Source of the DNA: Octopus sinensis
Lineage: Eukaryota
NCBI RefSeq assembly: GCF_006345805.1
Contig: NC_043021.1
Span: 10,664,001-10,728,000 of the forward strand
Direction of reading: 5' to 3'
DNA: 64,000 nucleotides
The notes below the pieces were generated by a model. That model did no database searches, was not told where the DNA came from, and worked only from the letters and a program-made list of their open reading frames with translations. This document shows positions 13,411-26,500 of this stretch, piece after piece; the stretch's first letter is position 1, and each line of letters begins with the position of its first letter. Both the position numbers and the translations under genes were made by a program.

Positions 13411-13723
13411 GCATGTATATGTATGTGTTAATGTTTTTGTGTGGTTTTGGAGTTGCACTCGTAATCTAACAATAGTGATTTCAATCCCTGAACTAGGTGG
13501 TGTGTTGTGTTCTTGAACAAAGCACTTCATCTCACATTGCTTTCTAATCACTTTGCCACCTGACATGTGGTACACTGTGCACCTGTTCAGAAAATGTCAA
13601 TTTTGATGAAGTGAGGGAGCTAATGTGTGGCACAAACAATTGATCACTAAAAACAAATCATTCGAGCAAGTTGTTTGACAAAAGCTGAACACTCTTACCT
13701 CGTCTTCGCTGGAAGAACCCATC

Positions 13724-13793
<70 letters not shown>

Positions 13794-13794
13794 G

Positions 13795-13987
13795 TTCTTT
13801 TACTTGTTTCAGTCATTTGACTGTGGCCATGCTGGAGCACTGCCTTTAGTCGAGCAAATCGACCCCAGGACTTATTCTTTGTAAGCCTAGTACTTATTCT
13901 ATCGGTCGCTTTTGCTGAACTGCTAGGTTATAGGGATACAAACATACCAGCATCAGTTGTCGACCGATGTTGGGGAGACAAACACAG

Positions 13988-14020
<33 letters not shown>

Positions 14021-14183
14021 AATATAATGGGCTTCTTTCAGTTTCCGTCAACCAAATCCACTCACAAGGCTTTGGTCAGCCCGAGGCTATAGTAGAAGAC
14101 ACTTTCCCAAGGTGCCACACAGTGGGACTGAACCCAGAACCATGTAGTTCATAAGCAAACAACTTACCACACAGCCACTCCTA
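13795..14183 (-). mobile_element. SINE family B, full length
   Basis: tcttttacttgtttcagtcatttgactg ... (CA/TA)n ... cttaccacacagccactcc. Confidence 0.9.
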
Positions 14184-14553
14184 CGTAATAGTGCATCAAT
14201 AGTGCATCACTTCGTGATATCCTGTTGCTTATTTTGATTTTATTCACCTTACTTCAAGCTGTGCGGATAATACTGAACTGACTTGGTGCTTCAACTTAAG
14301 TAACTAATTCAGCTGAATCTCATTTATTTCTTATATATACACACGCATATATATCGTTGTATGAAGGGCTTCACAGTGAAATATAGGAGGATGAAATTAC
14401 ACAGATCAAAGCAAATCAACAGTGAGGTATACTGCTTGTTATATCCTAAAATGTAACCATTGGATTTTTATAACAGAAATGATAAGTTTTAATACCAAAA
14501 TAGCAAAATTACTGAATGATTTAAAAATATAGAACACTTCACGAATTTGTGTG

Positions 14554-14860
14554 AAGGTGCATAGCTCAGTGGTTAGAGCTTCAGGCTCACAATCATGAGG
14601 TAGTGAGTTCGATTTCCGGACTGAGTTGTGTGTTGTTTTCTTGAGCAAGACACTATTTCATGTTACTCCAGTTCACTCAGCCGTAGAAATGAGTTGCGAC
14701 GTCACTTGTGCCAAGCAGTATCGGCCTTTTCCTTTTCTTTGGGTAATGTCAATGGTGAGGAGAAGGGTAGCTGCTGTTCTTCCAGAAACAACCTTGCTTG
14801 GACTAGTACCCTGAAGGGGAACTTTTGAGGTGCAATCCCATGGGCGTTCATGGCCAAAAG
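14554..14860 (+). mobile_element. SINE family D
   Basis: aaggtgcatagctcagtggttagagc, B-box gttcgatttcc, ttcttgagcaagacact. Confidence 0.8.
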
Positions 14861-15205
14861 GGGTCTCCTTGAAATAGTCCCTTTGAAATATTTATTGCAT
14901 CGGAAACAATCCTTCCACTCTCAGTTGTGTGAGGATTGTTGCTCAGATCTTTGTGAGCCCCACAATGGCAGCGGGTACTTTTATCAAGGGCAAAGACCTC
15001 AAAAGCCATGAGTGGTGAATAGTTGAATGTTTTATGATAAGTGAGCCCTAGTGTCTGAAAGTGTCTGTGACATTTTCTTACTGTGGATAACAGAGCTTTG
15101 ATTATCAAAAATTGTTCAATTTCTTCCATCCGCCTGCTCATCAGTAACAAGATGGCTGGAATCCAAATAATCTTGGAGGAATTGATTGAGAGAGATTGTA
15201 TAAAG

Positions 15206-16049
15206 CAAAGGTTCTCAACTGGAGTCCAAATGGTCCCTGAGGGTCCATATAAGATTTTTGGGGGTCCATGGAACAAAATGGAAAATCGAGGATCCACAGT
15301 AGTATTTTATGTGTCCCTGAAAATATTTTGCGTTTGATGCATATATTGGTATGTATTACGCAAAGCAACTGGGTTTCTTTCTCTGGTATCTTACATACCG
15401 TAAATCCTCGAGTATAATCCGCCCCCCACCCAAATTTAACGGTCAAAATCCCTAGTGCGTACTATATACGAGGTTAAAAATGAAAATTATTTTCTAAGCA
15501 ATGTCCGAGTCGCTATTTGCTGTCCGGCAATGTTTATTCAGACGCATTTTGTGATGTCGGCACGAAAATACCTTAAGCTAAGCCTGAAAGCAATGAAGTC
15601 ATAAAAGAATCATCCATAACTTGCATTAAGCAACATTTATTAAATGTTATTACTGTTATTTCTTTATTTTCTGCAAACAAAATGCACAAAAAAGCTACGT
15701 TTGCATTATGTTATATATACAATAAAGGACGTTACTGTATACAGTTTTACAAACCAAGGACGTTATATAGACCTCCTTGACTCAAGTTAGAGAAGAGGTG
15801 TGTATTATACACAAGGTTTTTCAGAGGTACAGCCCCATAAAAATCCCCTGCGTATTATACTCAAGGGTGGACTATACTTGAGGATTTGCGGCAGTTCAAT
15901 CTACACAGGTTAATGTGTGAGAAACGAAACAGGAATTTTGAAAGAAGTTCCTATAAAACTAGTTTTTAAACATTGAAAGACTATGGGGTCCACCTGAATA
16001 AATTAGTAATCAAAGGGGTCCATAGATAAAAAATGGTTGAAAAACCCTG
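15206..16049. mobile_element. hAT-type MITE interrupted by a second MITE
   Basis: Imperfect TIRs caaaggttctcaac / gttgaaaaaccctg; 8-bp TSD gtataaag (15198-15205) versus gtgtaaag (16050-16057). Confidence 0.8.
15398..15891. mobile_element. Tc2/pogo-like MITE nested in the hAT MITE
   Basis: TIRs ccgtaaatcctcgagtataatcc / ggactatacttgaggatttgcgg; TA on the left, CA on the right. Confidence 0.75.
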
Positions 16050-16139
16050 GTGTAAAGCTTGGTCGTAATATGTAGGCAAGCAATGGGCCTATAGTTTTCT
16101 ACTAACTCACTGGTTTTCATTTTTGCTTATAAGATTCGT

Positions 16140-16830
16140 CCATGACATAGCAAACCCATTTGTCGTGTGTGTGTGTGTGTGTGTGTGTTCTATATGCATG
16201 CATACTTGTCTGAATATATAAATATACATGTCTGTGTATGTATAGATATGTACGTTTATGTATGTATGAATATATATATACACACACACACACACATACA
16301 CACACAGTAGTACCTCGGTTTACACATGCCTCTGATCATAAATAAATCGTGCTTTATTTATATATATACACACACACACACACACATATCTGCATATAGG
16401 TAGTAATATATATGTGTATTTGTATATAATATTTCTATATACATACATACATATATATGTATGTGTGTGTATATATATATGTATGTGTGTGTGTGTGTAT
16501 ATATATATATGTGTGTGTGTGTATGTGTATATATATATATATTTATGTTTGTACATAGATATTTATGTATGTGTGTGTGTATGTATGCATATATATATAT
16601 ATATGTGTGTGTGTTTGTCTGTGTATCTGTTTACGTGTAACCATCTGTAGTGTTTTATGTGCATGTGCCTGCACCTGCATCTACGCACGTGCACACACAC
16701 ACACACAAAAAATGTTGTGTGCGTTACTATGTCGTGTTCAGTATTTATTTTTATACGATGTGTGTGCTTCAACTACACAAATACATACACATACATAAAT
16801 ACACATACAAATACATAAATACATACACAT
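16140..16830. repeat. Compound (TG)n/(TA)n/(CA)n microsatellite field
   Basis: Dinucleotide tracts visible directly; source of the YI/CV/HT pseudo-ORFs. Confidence 0.95.
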
Positions 16831-17173
16831 ACCCATATTCCTTGAAACTGCTTATGTTTTGAATTTCACTTCCTAGAACTTTGGTTGGCGCCAACTTGAA
16901 TCCCACTCACTCACCCACCTACATACACTAGACTCTCAAAGATTTTTGAAAGCTCTCTTAAAAATCTCTCCTACTGACATACTTCTCCATTGCCCCAGGG
17001 TGGTACATTGTGATTCTGTAAACAATGTTCTCTATTACACGTCTTGTCTTCCTCCTACTTTTTCTCATCTTGTTGTCCTTGAAGTAAAACTTATTTTATT
17101 AGCAATGATGCTACCGTTTTGTATCTGTGTGTGTGTGTGTACGCACACACCAGTTTACTCAGACACCTCTTCT

Positions 17174-17212
<39 letters not shown>

Positions 17213-17698
17213 ACACATATGCATGTTTGTATATACATACAATTATGCATATATACACATATGTACTTTTATATATATATATATCATCATTTAGTGTCCG
17301 CTTTCCATGCTAGCATGGGTTGGACGGTTCAACTGGGGTCTGGGAAGCCAGAAGGCTGCACCAGGCCCAGTCTGATCTGGCAATGTTTCTACGGTTGGAT
17401 GCCCTTTCTAATGCCAACCACTCCATGAGTGTAGTGGGTGCTTTTTATGTGCCACCAGCACAGGTGCCTGTAGGGAATATAATTCCAAAACTTACAGGTG
17501 AAAATTAAATTTAACAATTGTAAATCAAATTTCACAATATATAATATATGTATATAATTAAGAGAAAAACCTCTATTAAAAAATTCAGTAATGAAAGATG
17601 TTATTCACACCATATAGAAAACATATACTATAAAAAAAACTTATTCTAAAAATCAATAAAGTACAATAAATAGTAAATAGTAGTTGTAAAAATGTGTG

Positions 17699-17737
<39 letters not shown>

Positions 17738-17741
<4 letters not shown>

Positions 17742-18128
17742 TGTTTCAGTCATTTGACTGTGGCCATGCTGGAGCATTGCCTTTAGTCAGAACTTATTCT
17801 TTCTAAGCCTAGCACTTATTGTATCGGTTTCTTTTGCCGAACCGCTAAGTTTCAGGATTGTAAACACACCAACATCGGTTGTCATGCGATGGTGGTGGTA
17901 GTGGTGCAAACACACACACAAATACATACATATATAATATATATAAAAATACACACACACACGCGTGTGATTGGCTTCTTTCAGTTTCCGTCTACCAAAT
18001 CCACTCACAAGGCTTTGGTTGGCCCAAGGCTATAGTGGAAGACACTTGCCCAAGGTGTCATGCAGTGGGACTGAACCTGGAACCATGTGGTTTGTAAGCA
18101 GGCTACTTACCACACAGCCACTCCTGCA
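17738..18128 (-). mobile_element. SINE family B
   Basis: Same diagnostic blocks as the 13795 copy. Confidence 0.9.
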
Positions 18129-18207
18129 TGTATATAGTATTTAGAAGATTGTTTGTCATAACCTGTAAAATACTGAGCTGTATAGGCGACTCGTGAGACT
18201 CAAATCG

Positions 18208-18324
18208 CCGGAGGTTCAGTCCCACTGCGTGGCACTTTGGGCAAGTGTCTTCTACTATAGCTTCGGGCCGACCAAAGCCTTGTGAGTGGATTTGGTAGAC
18301 GGAAACTGAAGGAAGCCTGTCGTA

Positions 18325-18363
<39 letters not shown>

Positions 18364-18600
18364 GTGTGTGTGTGTGTGTATGTGTGTCGGTGTTTGTGTG
18401 TCTGTGTTTGTCCTCCCAAAATCGCTTGACAACCGATGCTGGTGTGCTTACGTCCCTGTAACTTAGTGGTTCAGCAAAAGAGATCCGATGGAATAAGTAC
18501 TAGGCTTACAAAGAATAAGTCCTGGGGTCGATTTGCTTGACTAAAGGCGGTGCTCCAGCATGCATGTCTGCAGTCAAATGACTGAAAGAAGTAAAAGAAA
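18208..18600 (+). mobile_element. SINE family B, slightly 5'-truncated, inverted relative to the 17738 copy
   Basis: gttcagtcccactgcgtggcac..gggcaagtgtcttctactatagc ... gtcaaatgactgaaagaagtaaaag. Confidence 0.9.
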
Positions 18601-18859
18601 GAATGGTTGTAAAGTATTTTGTATTTTGAAATGAAGAGAATTGAGCACTCCATCCTGAAATGAGCATTTTGTAAATAGGACTTGACTTCAGTTTCAGGCA
18701 CTTTGCATCTGAAGATATTTGTAACATCTGCAGCAGAATCTGTTTGTCCAAAGCTAGATGTGTTTGTTAGTCATATGAGATTTCATGACAGCATTTACTA
18801 ATTGCAGAGATGACCTTCTTCTGTAAAGAACTGGCAATCACCATATGTAAACGTATATA

Positions 18860-18907
<48 letters not shown>

Positions 18908-19438
18908 CATATACACACACATACATGAATGTGTATATATATGTGTGTATGTATGTATTATACATATATGTGTGTGTCTATTTTCTCTCCTTGTTTCTTT
19001 CTGTGTTCCTTTCTGTGGAAGAGCGTAGGCTTGAAACATTAAAGACTTTTTCACTTCCCGAGTGTTAAACTAATACATCTGTTTGTTGTCTACATCATCT
19101 GTCTTCGTATTTTGTTTTTTTGTGAATTCTCCCTATATATATATATATATATACATGAATGTGTATATATATGTGTGTATAAGTATGTATGTGTGTACAT
19201 ATGTGCACACACATGCATATATACATATAATTTTTCCCATGTTGTTTATAAGTTTTGACCATTTTTTAAAAGATGGAAAGGAAAGCAGTGGACAATGTGA
19301 TCCTATTTACATGGAAAAAAAACAAAACAAGGATTTATGCACACACAAATTTCATAGCTAAGAAGCATAGAAACAAAACCAGTACATGAAGTATGTGTCA
19401 TCAGTAATGTTTATATTATTGTTCTATTTGTGTGGCTT

Positions 19439-19800
19439 TATAATAATAATAATAATAATAATTGTGTACAGTGCTCAGGTGCACTACAACTCATCTAAAG
19501 TGCATATATAATCAGGTGTAGTTTCGACGGATTTCGGGAAGCATGAGGGCCTTAAAGGATGCAGTGTCATGGCAGTCAACAACTGACGCAGGCAGTTTAT
19601 TCCATGCTTCAGCAACTCTGAGCGTGAAAAAATGTTTCCGAAAGTCATGGGAGCTGTATTGTTTTCTGACTTTGTAGGCATGTCCACGTGTGTTAGACAC
19701 ATGGAGATCAAAAAGGTGTTCAGTGTTGTTGTTGGTGAGGTGGTTGATAACCTTGTGGGTGTTGCACATCAGCAGATAAATCTTATATGGTTTGCTTATA
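19439..19800 (-). mobile_element. 3' end of a CR1/L2-group LINE with (ATT)n tail
   Basis: Translation NTRGHAYKVRK...RKHFFTLRVAEAWNKLPASVV...FK matches the TRGH..K / FF..RV...WN.LP C-terminal motif of CR1-type ORF2. Confidence 0.85.
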
Positions 19801-20533
19801 TACCTCAGACGAACAGTTATGGTTGAGGGCAGCTGAAACTCTTGGTCGTAAGCACCTGACTTGACCAAAATGAAATACTTATCTGTATGTATGTGTGCTG
19901 GATGATCAAGGTTCAGTATATAATCAGCCTTATCTCATCCAGTCTTTAATTGAAATACATTGTATCTCTTGCTACTTCATTAAACATATCCTGCATGTTT
20001 GTTTCTTTTAAGATGGTAGGATATGATTTCAAGATTTGATTTGCATTTCCTGCTGTTAGAGCAAGTCTCTAGAGATGTCCATGTTGGTCATGTTAGCAAA
20101 ATGTTTTGGGAATTTTGGAAAACTTTAGGTTTAAGATTGCTGCAATAACAAACAATTCCAGCGTCAGGTGGTCTTTCATTTCGAGTAGCAGTGTTTATAT
20201 TGTGTTGGTAACATTGCTGGGTGTGGTCTGTGTTCTTTAGTAACATTGGACATCATGGCTAATGCCATACTAGAATCATTGCCTTCAACATGTGTGCAAC
20301 ATGTGTCGATGCAGAGTGCACTATTCTTTTGGTTTTTGTAGTTTGTGGTGGTTTTAGCCTAGATTTTGTATAGTTCATAATGGCTCTCATGTATGTGTGT
20401 GTGTGTGTAAACCTATATAGCAGATGTACAAATATGTCAAAATTTCTTATTTGACTGTAGATTGAAAAAAAAACAAAAAAAAAACTGAGGAATAACCTTA
20501 ACTCTTTCGTTACTAACCCGGCTGAAAATCAAC

Positions 20534-20870
20534 CCCAGGACTTATTCTTTGTAAGCCAAGCATTTATTCTATCAGTCTCTTTTTGCCGAACTGCTAAGTT
20601 ACGGGGACCTAAACACACCAGCATAGCTTGTCAAACGATGTTGGGGGGACAAACAAAGATAAACAAACACACACACACATATATATCTATATCTATATAT
20701 ATATATATATATACGACAGGCTTCCTTCAGTTTCCGTCTACCAAATCCACTCACAAGGATTTGGTTGGCCCAAGGCTATAGTAGAAGACACTTGCCCAAG
20801 GTGCCACGCAGTGGGACTGAACCCGGAACCATGTGGTTGGTAAGCAAGCTACTTACCACACAGCTACCCC
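20534..20870 (-). mobile_element. SINE family B
   Basis: ggacttattctttgtaagcc ... gcaagctacttaccacacagc. Confidence 0.85.
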
Positions 20871-21149
20871 TCTACCTCATGTTCATAAAAATGTATTTGT
20901 ATGTACATGTGTATGCATGTCATTTTGTGGGGAAAAACAAAGAGGATGAAAGAAGAACAGGACAGATAAAACCAATGGAGATTTCTATTGCTTATTCTGG
21001 TGTTGTAATAAGCTATTCTCTAAAAAAGAAAAAATCTGTGTATCTTTCTAGCTGTCTTACTGGATTTTACCATGAACTCTGATTCAATATACAAATAAAC
21101 TAGACAACTCATAGTCACTGTTCTCCTCAGTTTCCTTCATTAATTCTTA

Positions 21150-21470
21150 CTGGCACATGGAAAAACATTCGAGCAAGGTCGTTGCCAGTGCCACTGGGCT
21201 GGCTCCTGTGCAGGTGGCATGTAAAAAGACACAATTTGAGCGTGGCTGTTGCCAGTACCGCCTAACTGGCCCTAGTGCCGGTAGCACGTAAAAGCACCCA
21301 CTACACTCTCGGAGTGGTTGGCATTAGGAAGGGCATCCAGCTGTAGAAACTCTGCCAGATCAGTTTGGAGCCTGGTGCAGCCATCTGGTTCGCCAGTCTT
21401 CAGTCAAATCATCCAACCCATGCCAGTATGGAAAGCAGATGTTAAACGATGATGATGATGATGATGATGA
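21150..21470 (+). mobile_element. SINE family C
   Basis: Repeated ggcacgtaaaa module, ggaagggcatccagctgtagaaac, (GAT)n tail. Confidence 0.85.
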
Positions 21471-21724
21471 TTCATTTCAGAAAAAAATTATTGGTTATTT
21501 TCTTACAGTCACTTCTATATTCCTCAACTGTCTCACAAGCTGAATTCACTCTTTAGAGACAATATGTCAAGAAGATGCTGATGTACTCTATGAAAGTAGA
21601 TGATGTTAAAAACATATGTATTTTGATATATAAAATGCTTCTTTTTTTTTTTTTTTCTTTTCCAGTATTGAAATAAAAAATATTTTCAACTTACAAATAC
21701 CACACAACATACATATATTACACA

Positions 21725-22010
21725 TATCCGTTCATGTCCGTTGCCAGCCTCGCCTGGCCCCGTGCCGGTGACACGTAAAAGCATCATCCGTTCGTGGCTG
21801 TTTGCCAGCTCTGTCTGGCACCTGTGCGGGTGGCACGTAAAAAGCACCCACTACACTCACGGAGTGGTTGGCGTTGGGAAGGGCATCCAGCCGTAGAAAC
21901 ACTGCCAGATCTGACTGGGCCTGATGAAGCCTTCCAGCTTCACAGACCCCAGTTGAACTGTCCAACCCATGCTAGCATGGAGAACGGACGTTAATGATGA
22001 TGATGATGAC
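21725..22010 (+). mobile_element. SINE family C
   Basis: Same modules as the 21150 copy; (GAT)n tail. Confidence 0.85.
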
Positions 22011-22597
22011 ACTTATACTTAAAAGTACATATTTTCATTTACATATATAGACAACTACAATATCTGACTACAAACTTAAAATTTAACCAAGCACACACAC
22101 ACACACAAATGACATTTACCCACACATGCTTTTACACTGCATGCATACGCATACATACATTCGTGCACACATGAACACAGGCAACTACACAGATGTCTGA
22201 ATATATACTGATTAGTTTTTATAATGGTTTTAATTTGGGATAAATTAACTAAGAACAACCTACATGACATGACGCAACAGGAACAGCAGGGGAAAAACGA
22301 AACGGGAAATTGCATTGAATTAATTACACCATATCAGTGCCGTCGATATTAATTAATTAATTATAGCACTGCCGTCTGTTTTAATAAATGTATTATACCG
22401 TATCATTAGTGTTAGATATCAGATTGATAGAATATTCAGAGCACTGGACAGAAAACAAAAAAGAAATGCCTTGTGGTGTTTCTTCTAGCATTTTCACTTT
22501 CTTTGTTGGGGATCAACTTTTCCATTCATTCTTTAACCTGCTTTATGTTGAAACTGGCCACATCTGGCCTCTTAAACCTACCCTACAATGTCATACT

Positions 22598-23012
22598 CTC
22601 TTTTACTCTTTTACTTGTTTCAGTCATTTGACTGCAGCCATGCTGGAGCACCGCCTTTAGTCGAGCAAATCGACCCCGGGACTTATTCTTTGTAAGCCTA
22701 GTACTTATTCTATCGGTCTCTTTTACCGAACTGCTAAGTTATGGGGACATAAACACACCAGCATCGGTTGTCATGCAATGTTATGGAGACAAACACACAC
22801 AAACATATACACACACACACACATACATATACATATATACATAGGCATATACGACAGGCTTCTTTCAGTTTCCGTCTACCAAATCCACTCACAAGGCTTT
22901 GGTCGGTCCGAGGCTATAGTAAAAGACACTTACCCAAGGTGCCACGCAGTGGGACTGAACCCGGAACCATGTGGTTTGTAAGCAAGCCACTTACCACACA
23001 GCCACTCCTATG
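22598..23012 (-). mobile_element. SINE family B, full length
   Basis: Tail-to-head match to the other B copies. Confidence 0.9.
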
Positions 23013-23039
23013 CCTAAACATTCTAACAATAAACAAACA

Positions 23040-23422
23040 TCTCTCTCTATATAAACGGCAGTTTGTCTGTGCGTGTTTCTGTGTGTCTGTTTGCTTGTAC
23101 CCTACCCTGACCACGGCTTTCAACCGATTCTGATGAAACTTGACACACACATAGCCCAATGTCATAATTCAAAACTAACGCAGCGAAAATTTTGAAAAGT
23201 TCCCCCAGTTCTGAAAAAATTCGATAAATTCGACATGGGGTCGAGAATCAGAAACACAAACCGCAAACTGTCTAGAGGACGCAACTCCACCTTTTTTTAC
23301 TCTCAAAAAAAATTTACCATCATTTTTTTCCATTTTTTTGCTATTTTTTGGCTATAACTCTCTAAAAATGCTTTATAGTTATTTCCCTTACAAACCTGAG
23401 CAACGCCGGGCGATACTGCTAG
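23040..23422 (+). mobile_element. Non-autonomous Helitron-like element (383 bp)
   Basis: A|TC at the 5' end, CTAG|T at the 3' end, no TSD; subterminal cctgagcaacgccggg imperfect hairpin upstream of CTAG. Confidence 0.75.
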
Positions 23423-23885
23423 TCATCATTAAAATCTTAGAGCTGCAAGATAATTTGTGATTAATTCAAAATAATCTGGATAAATAAGCATCAAATATAA
23501 CAGAAAGGATAATCTGAATACTAAAAGTTTAAAGAAAATAAAACAGTGAGATGTAATTTGGCTACCATTTCTAACAGGCTGAGCCACCACATAGAGGTTT
23601 CCTTGTTGGCTCAACTATCTACATGTGATCTAAAAGTTTGGTTAGTGTTTGTGTATGTGTGAGATTGTGTGTGTATGTGACTGGAATGCCTCTTTCTCAT
23701 CATCATCGTCATTTTAACGACTATTTGCCATGCTGGCTTGGGTTGGACTGTTGGCATGTACCATTCGATACTTTGGTGTACTTCATTGCAACCGGGTCCC
23801 AGGTCTGAGGATAAATTTCTCTCTTTCAGTCTTGGAGGCACTTGGAAAGTGGCAATGAGCCCTGATCATCCTTCTCTAAACAATT

Positions 23886-24225
23886 CATCATCATCATCAT
23901 CATCATCATCATCGTTTAGCGTCCGCTTTCCATGCTGGCATGGGTTGGACGGTGCAACTGGGGTCTGTGAAGCCAGAAGGCTGCACCAGGCCCAGTCTGA
24001 TCTGGCAATGTTTTTACGGCTGGATGCCCTTCCTAACGCCAACCACTCCATGAGTGTAGTGGGTGCTTTTTACGTGCCACCAGCACAGGTGCCAGACGAG
24101 GCTGGCAAACGGCCACGGTCGGATGGTGCTTTTTACGTGCCACCGGCATGGAAGCCAGTCAGGGCGGCACTGGCAACGGCTACGTTTGGATGGTTCTCTT
24201 ATGTGCCACCAGCACTGGTATCACA
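23886..24225 (-). mobile_element. SINE family C with several hairpin modules
   Basis: (CAT)n, ggatgcccttcctaacgcc, repeated ggtgctttttacgtgccacc. Confidence 0.88.
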
Positions 24226-25524
24226 GCTTATTTTTTTTTGAAAATTGGTGAAACTAAATATTGCAAAATCGGCGTCTGGAATGTGCTGGAATATCTGCTG
24301 TAAATGCAGACAAACATCCTAGAAAACATCTTGGCGGTGCCATTCAATTGCCTAGCAACGTTTTAGTCTCCATCTTGCTATGATCACTGGCTCAGACGAA
24401 CATATATGATTTCCCGTCTTTGATTTTACTTCCGCTGCTGCTATTTCTGCTCTAGTTAGCTGAACACCAACCCAGCCCAAAACCATCTGATCATTTGCCT
24501 CCTTCTGTCACCCTAACGGGCCCCCCCCCCATTCCTTCCCTTCGTCACTGTACTGCTCAATATGCATCAATGATTTTATCGAAAGCACTCATTACAGACA
24601 CACTTTAAATCGCTTAGTAATTAATCCAGCCATATCTGTCCCAAATATTCAACTTGTTTCATGTTCAAACTTGCCAGGTTCGGCCTCTTGCACCTACCCT
24701 ATAATGTAATTCTAGAAATATACAAACACTTCATTGAAATCTCGAAGCTATGTGATAATGCATGATTGATTCAAAACTATATGGATAGATTGGTGCCTGT
24801 CAAGAATAAGACCATAAAAAACTGCAATATTAAAAGGGTTCAAAATGATAACCATCCTGCATCATCCATAGTTGCAGGTTAATAAGGGGTGTATTTGGAT
24901 CTTAGGTAGATCTGTTTGAAAAATATATCACAGTCTCCACCCCAAGGCTGGTGTAACCAGCAATCAGCCTGCAAGCTAGTTGTGGGAGATGTAAGGTGGG
25001 AGTACAAAGGATGTGTCTCAGGACCCCAAAGTGACTCCAGGAGGGAGCAACTGTTAAAGATTGAGAAGAAAGTCTAATGAATATTGCTTCTGACTGGACC
25101 CTGTGCAAGAAGTGCCTGAGAACTCTACCCCCATACTCCTCCTCATAATAGTGGGTAGAGGAGATGGATGACTGGAATGTGAATAAATAGGAATTGCATT
25201 TTACAGAATAATTGGAATGGTGAAGGGTTTTAATTTATTCTGTTCTGTCTCAACCCATGAAAGATAACTGGTTATTGGTTATGTGTGTTCTTTGAACAAT
25301 AATCATAATTTTTTCATCTTCTAAACATTGTGAATCTAAACAAGCTAATTCTGTATTTCTTGACAATCAGAAATGGTTGATGTTGCTGAAAATGTATTTA
25401 TTAGGAATTAATTTCTATATTTGTCTTTAAGAAACCCTTGAAGAATAACTGCTTAAATTTGGTTTAAAAATACATTGTACTGCCAAAGTTAAAGTATTTA
25501 TTTCTAAGATTTTTATCTACACAC

Positions 25525-25635
25525 ATACATCTATCTACCTACCTACCTACCCATCTATCTATCCACCTATCTATCTATCTATCTACCTACCTATCTATGT
25601 ATCTATCTATCTACCTATCTATTTATCCATCCATC
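25525..25635. repeat. (ATCT/ACCT)n tetranucleotide repeat
   Basis: Visible directly. Confidence 0.9.
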
Positions 25636-25764
25636 CACATTGAGGATATAATCATTAAAAAGATATCAGTGGCCAGCATAAAAAACACTGTATCAGTAAA
25701 ATTAATATTTAAGTATATAATTATAAATACATAATTATATACTTATATAATTAATCGAAATCGA

Positions 25765-26140
25765 AATTGAACCAATCCTATGACTGGCACCCGGCAGATG
25801 CCAGGACCCCTGGACTGGTGGTACGTAAAATGCACTATCCGAATCGTGGCCGATGCCAGCTCCGCCTCGACTGGCCTCCATGCCGGTGGCACATAAATTG
25901 CACCAATCCAAACCTGGCCGTTGCCAGCCTCGCCTGGCACCTGTGCTAGTGGCACGTAAAAAGCACCCACTACACTCACGGAGTGGTTGGCATTACGAAG
26001 GGCATCCAGCTGTAGAAACATTGCCAGATAAGACCAGAGCCTGGTGAAGCCTTCTGGCTTCCCAGATCCCCGGTCGAACCGTCCAACCCATGCTAGCATG
26101 GAGAACGGACGTTAAACGATGATGATGATGATGATGATGA
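25765..26140 (+). mobile_element. SINE family C
   Basis: Hairpin modules, gaagggcatccagctgtagaaac, (GAT)n tail. Confidence 0.85.
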
Positions 26141-26200
26141 TGTGTGTATATATGTATGTGTGTGTGTGTGTATATATATATATACATATATATATATGTA

Positions 26201-26245
<45 letters not shown>

Positions 26246-26300
26246 ATGTGTGTGTGTGTGTATGTGTGTGTGTGTGTGTATATATATGTGTGTGTGTGTG

Positions 26301-26343
<43 letters not shown>

Positions 26344-26486
26344 GTGTGTGTGTATGTTTACGTCTTCTGTTAGCCTGTTTTTTTAAAGCTTAATTTCACC
26401 AGTTCGGTAATAAGGGTGGATGGGAAGGGTACTTCACTACAAGTTTATGCTGGTAGCAATTATCATTGAATGAAATACATTCAAGT

Positions 26487-26500
26487 GTTTCCATAGCAAC
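26487..26500. promoter_or_regulatory. RFX X-box motif GTTTCCATAGCAAC
   Basis: Exact fit to GTYNCY-AT-RGNAAC in apparently unique intronic sequence; function untested. Confidence 0.35.

Noticed and set aside
14554-14630. tRNA genes at the SINE heads (families A, B, D, E)
   Set aside because: A and B boxes are present, but there is no closed acceptor stem and the sequence continues into SINE bodies.
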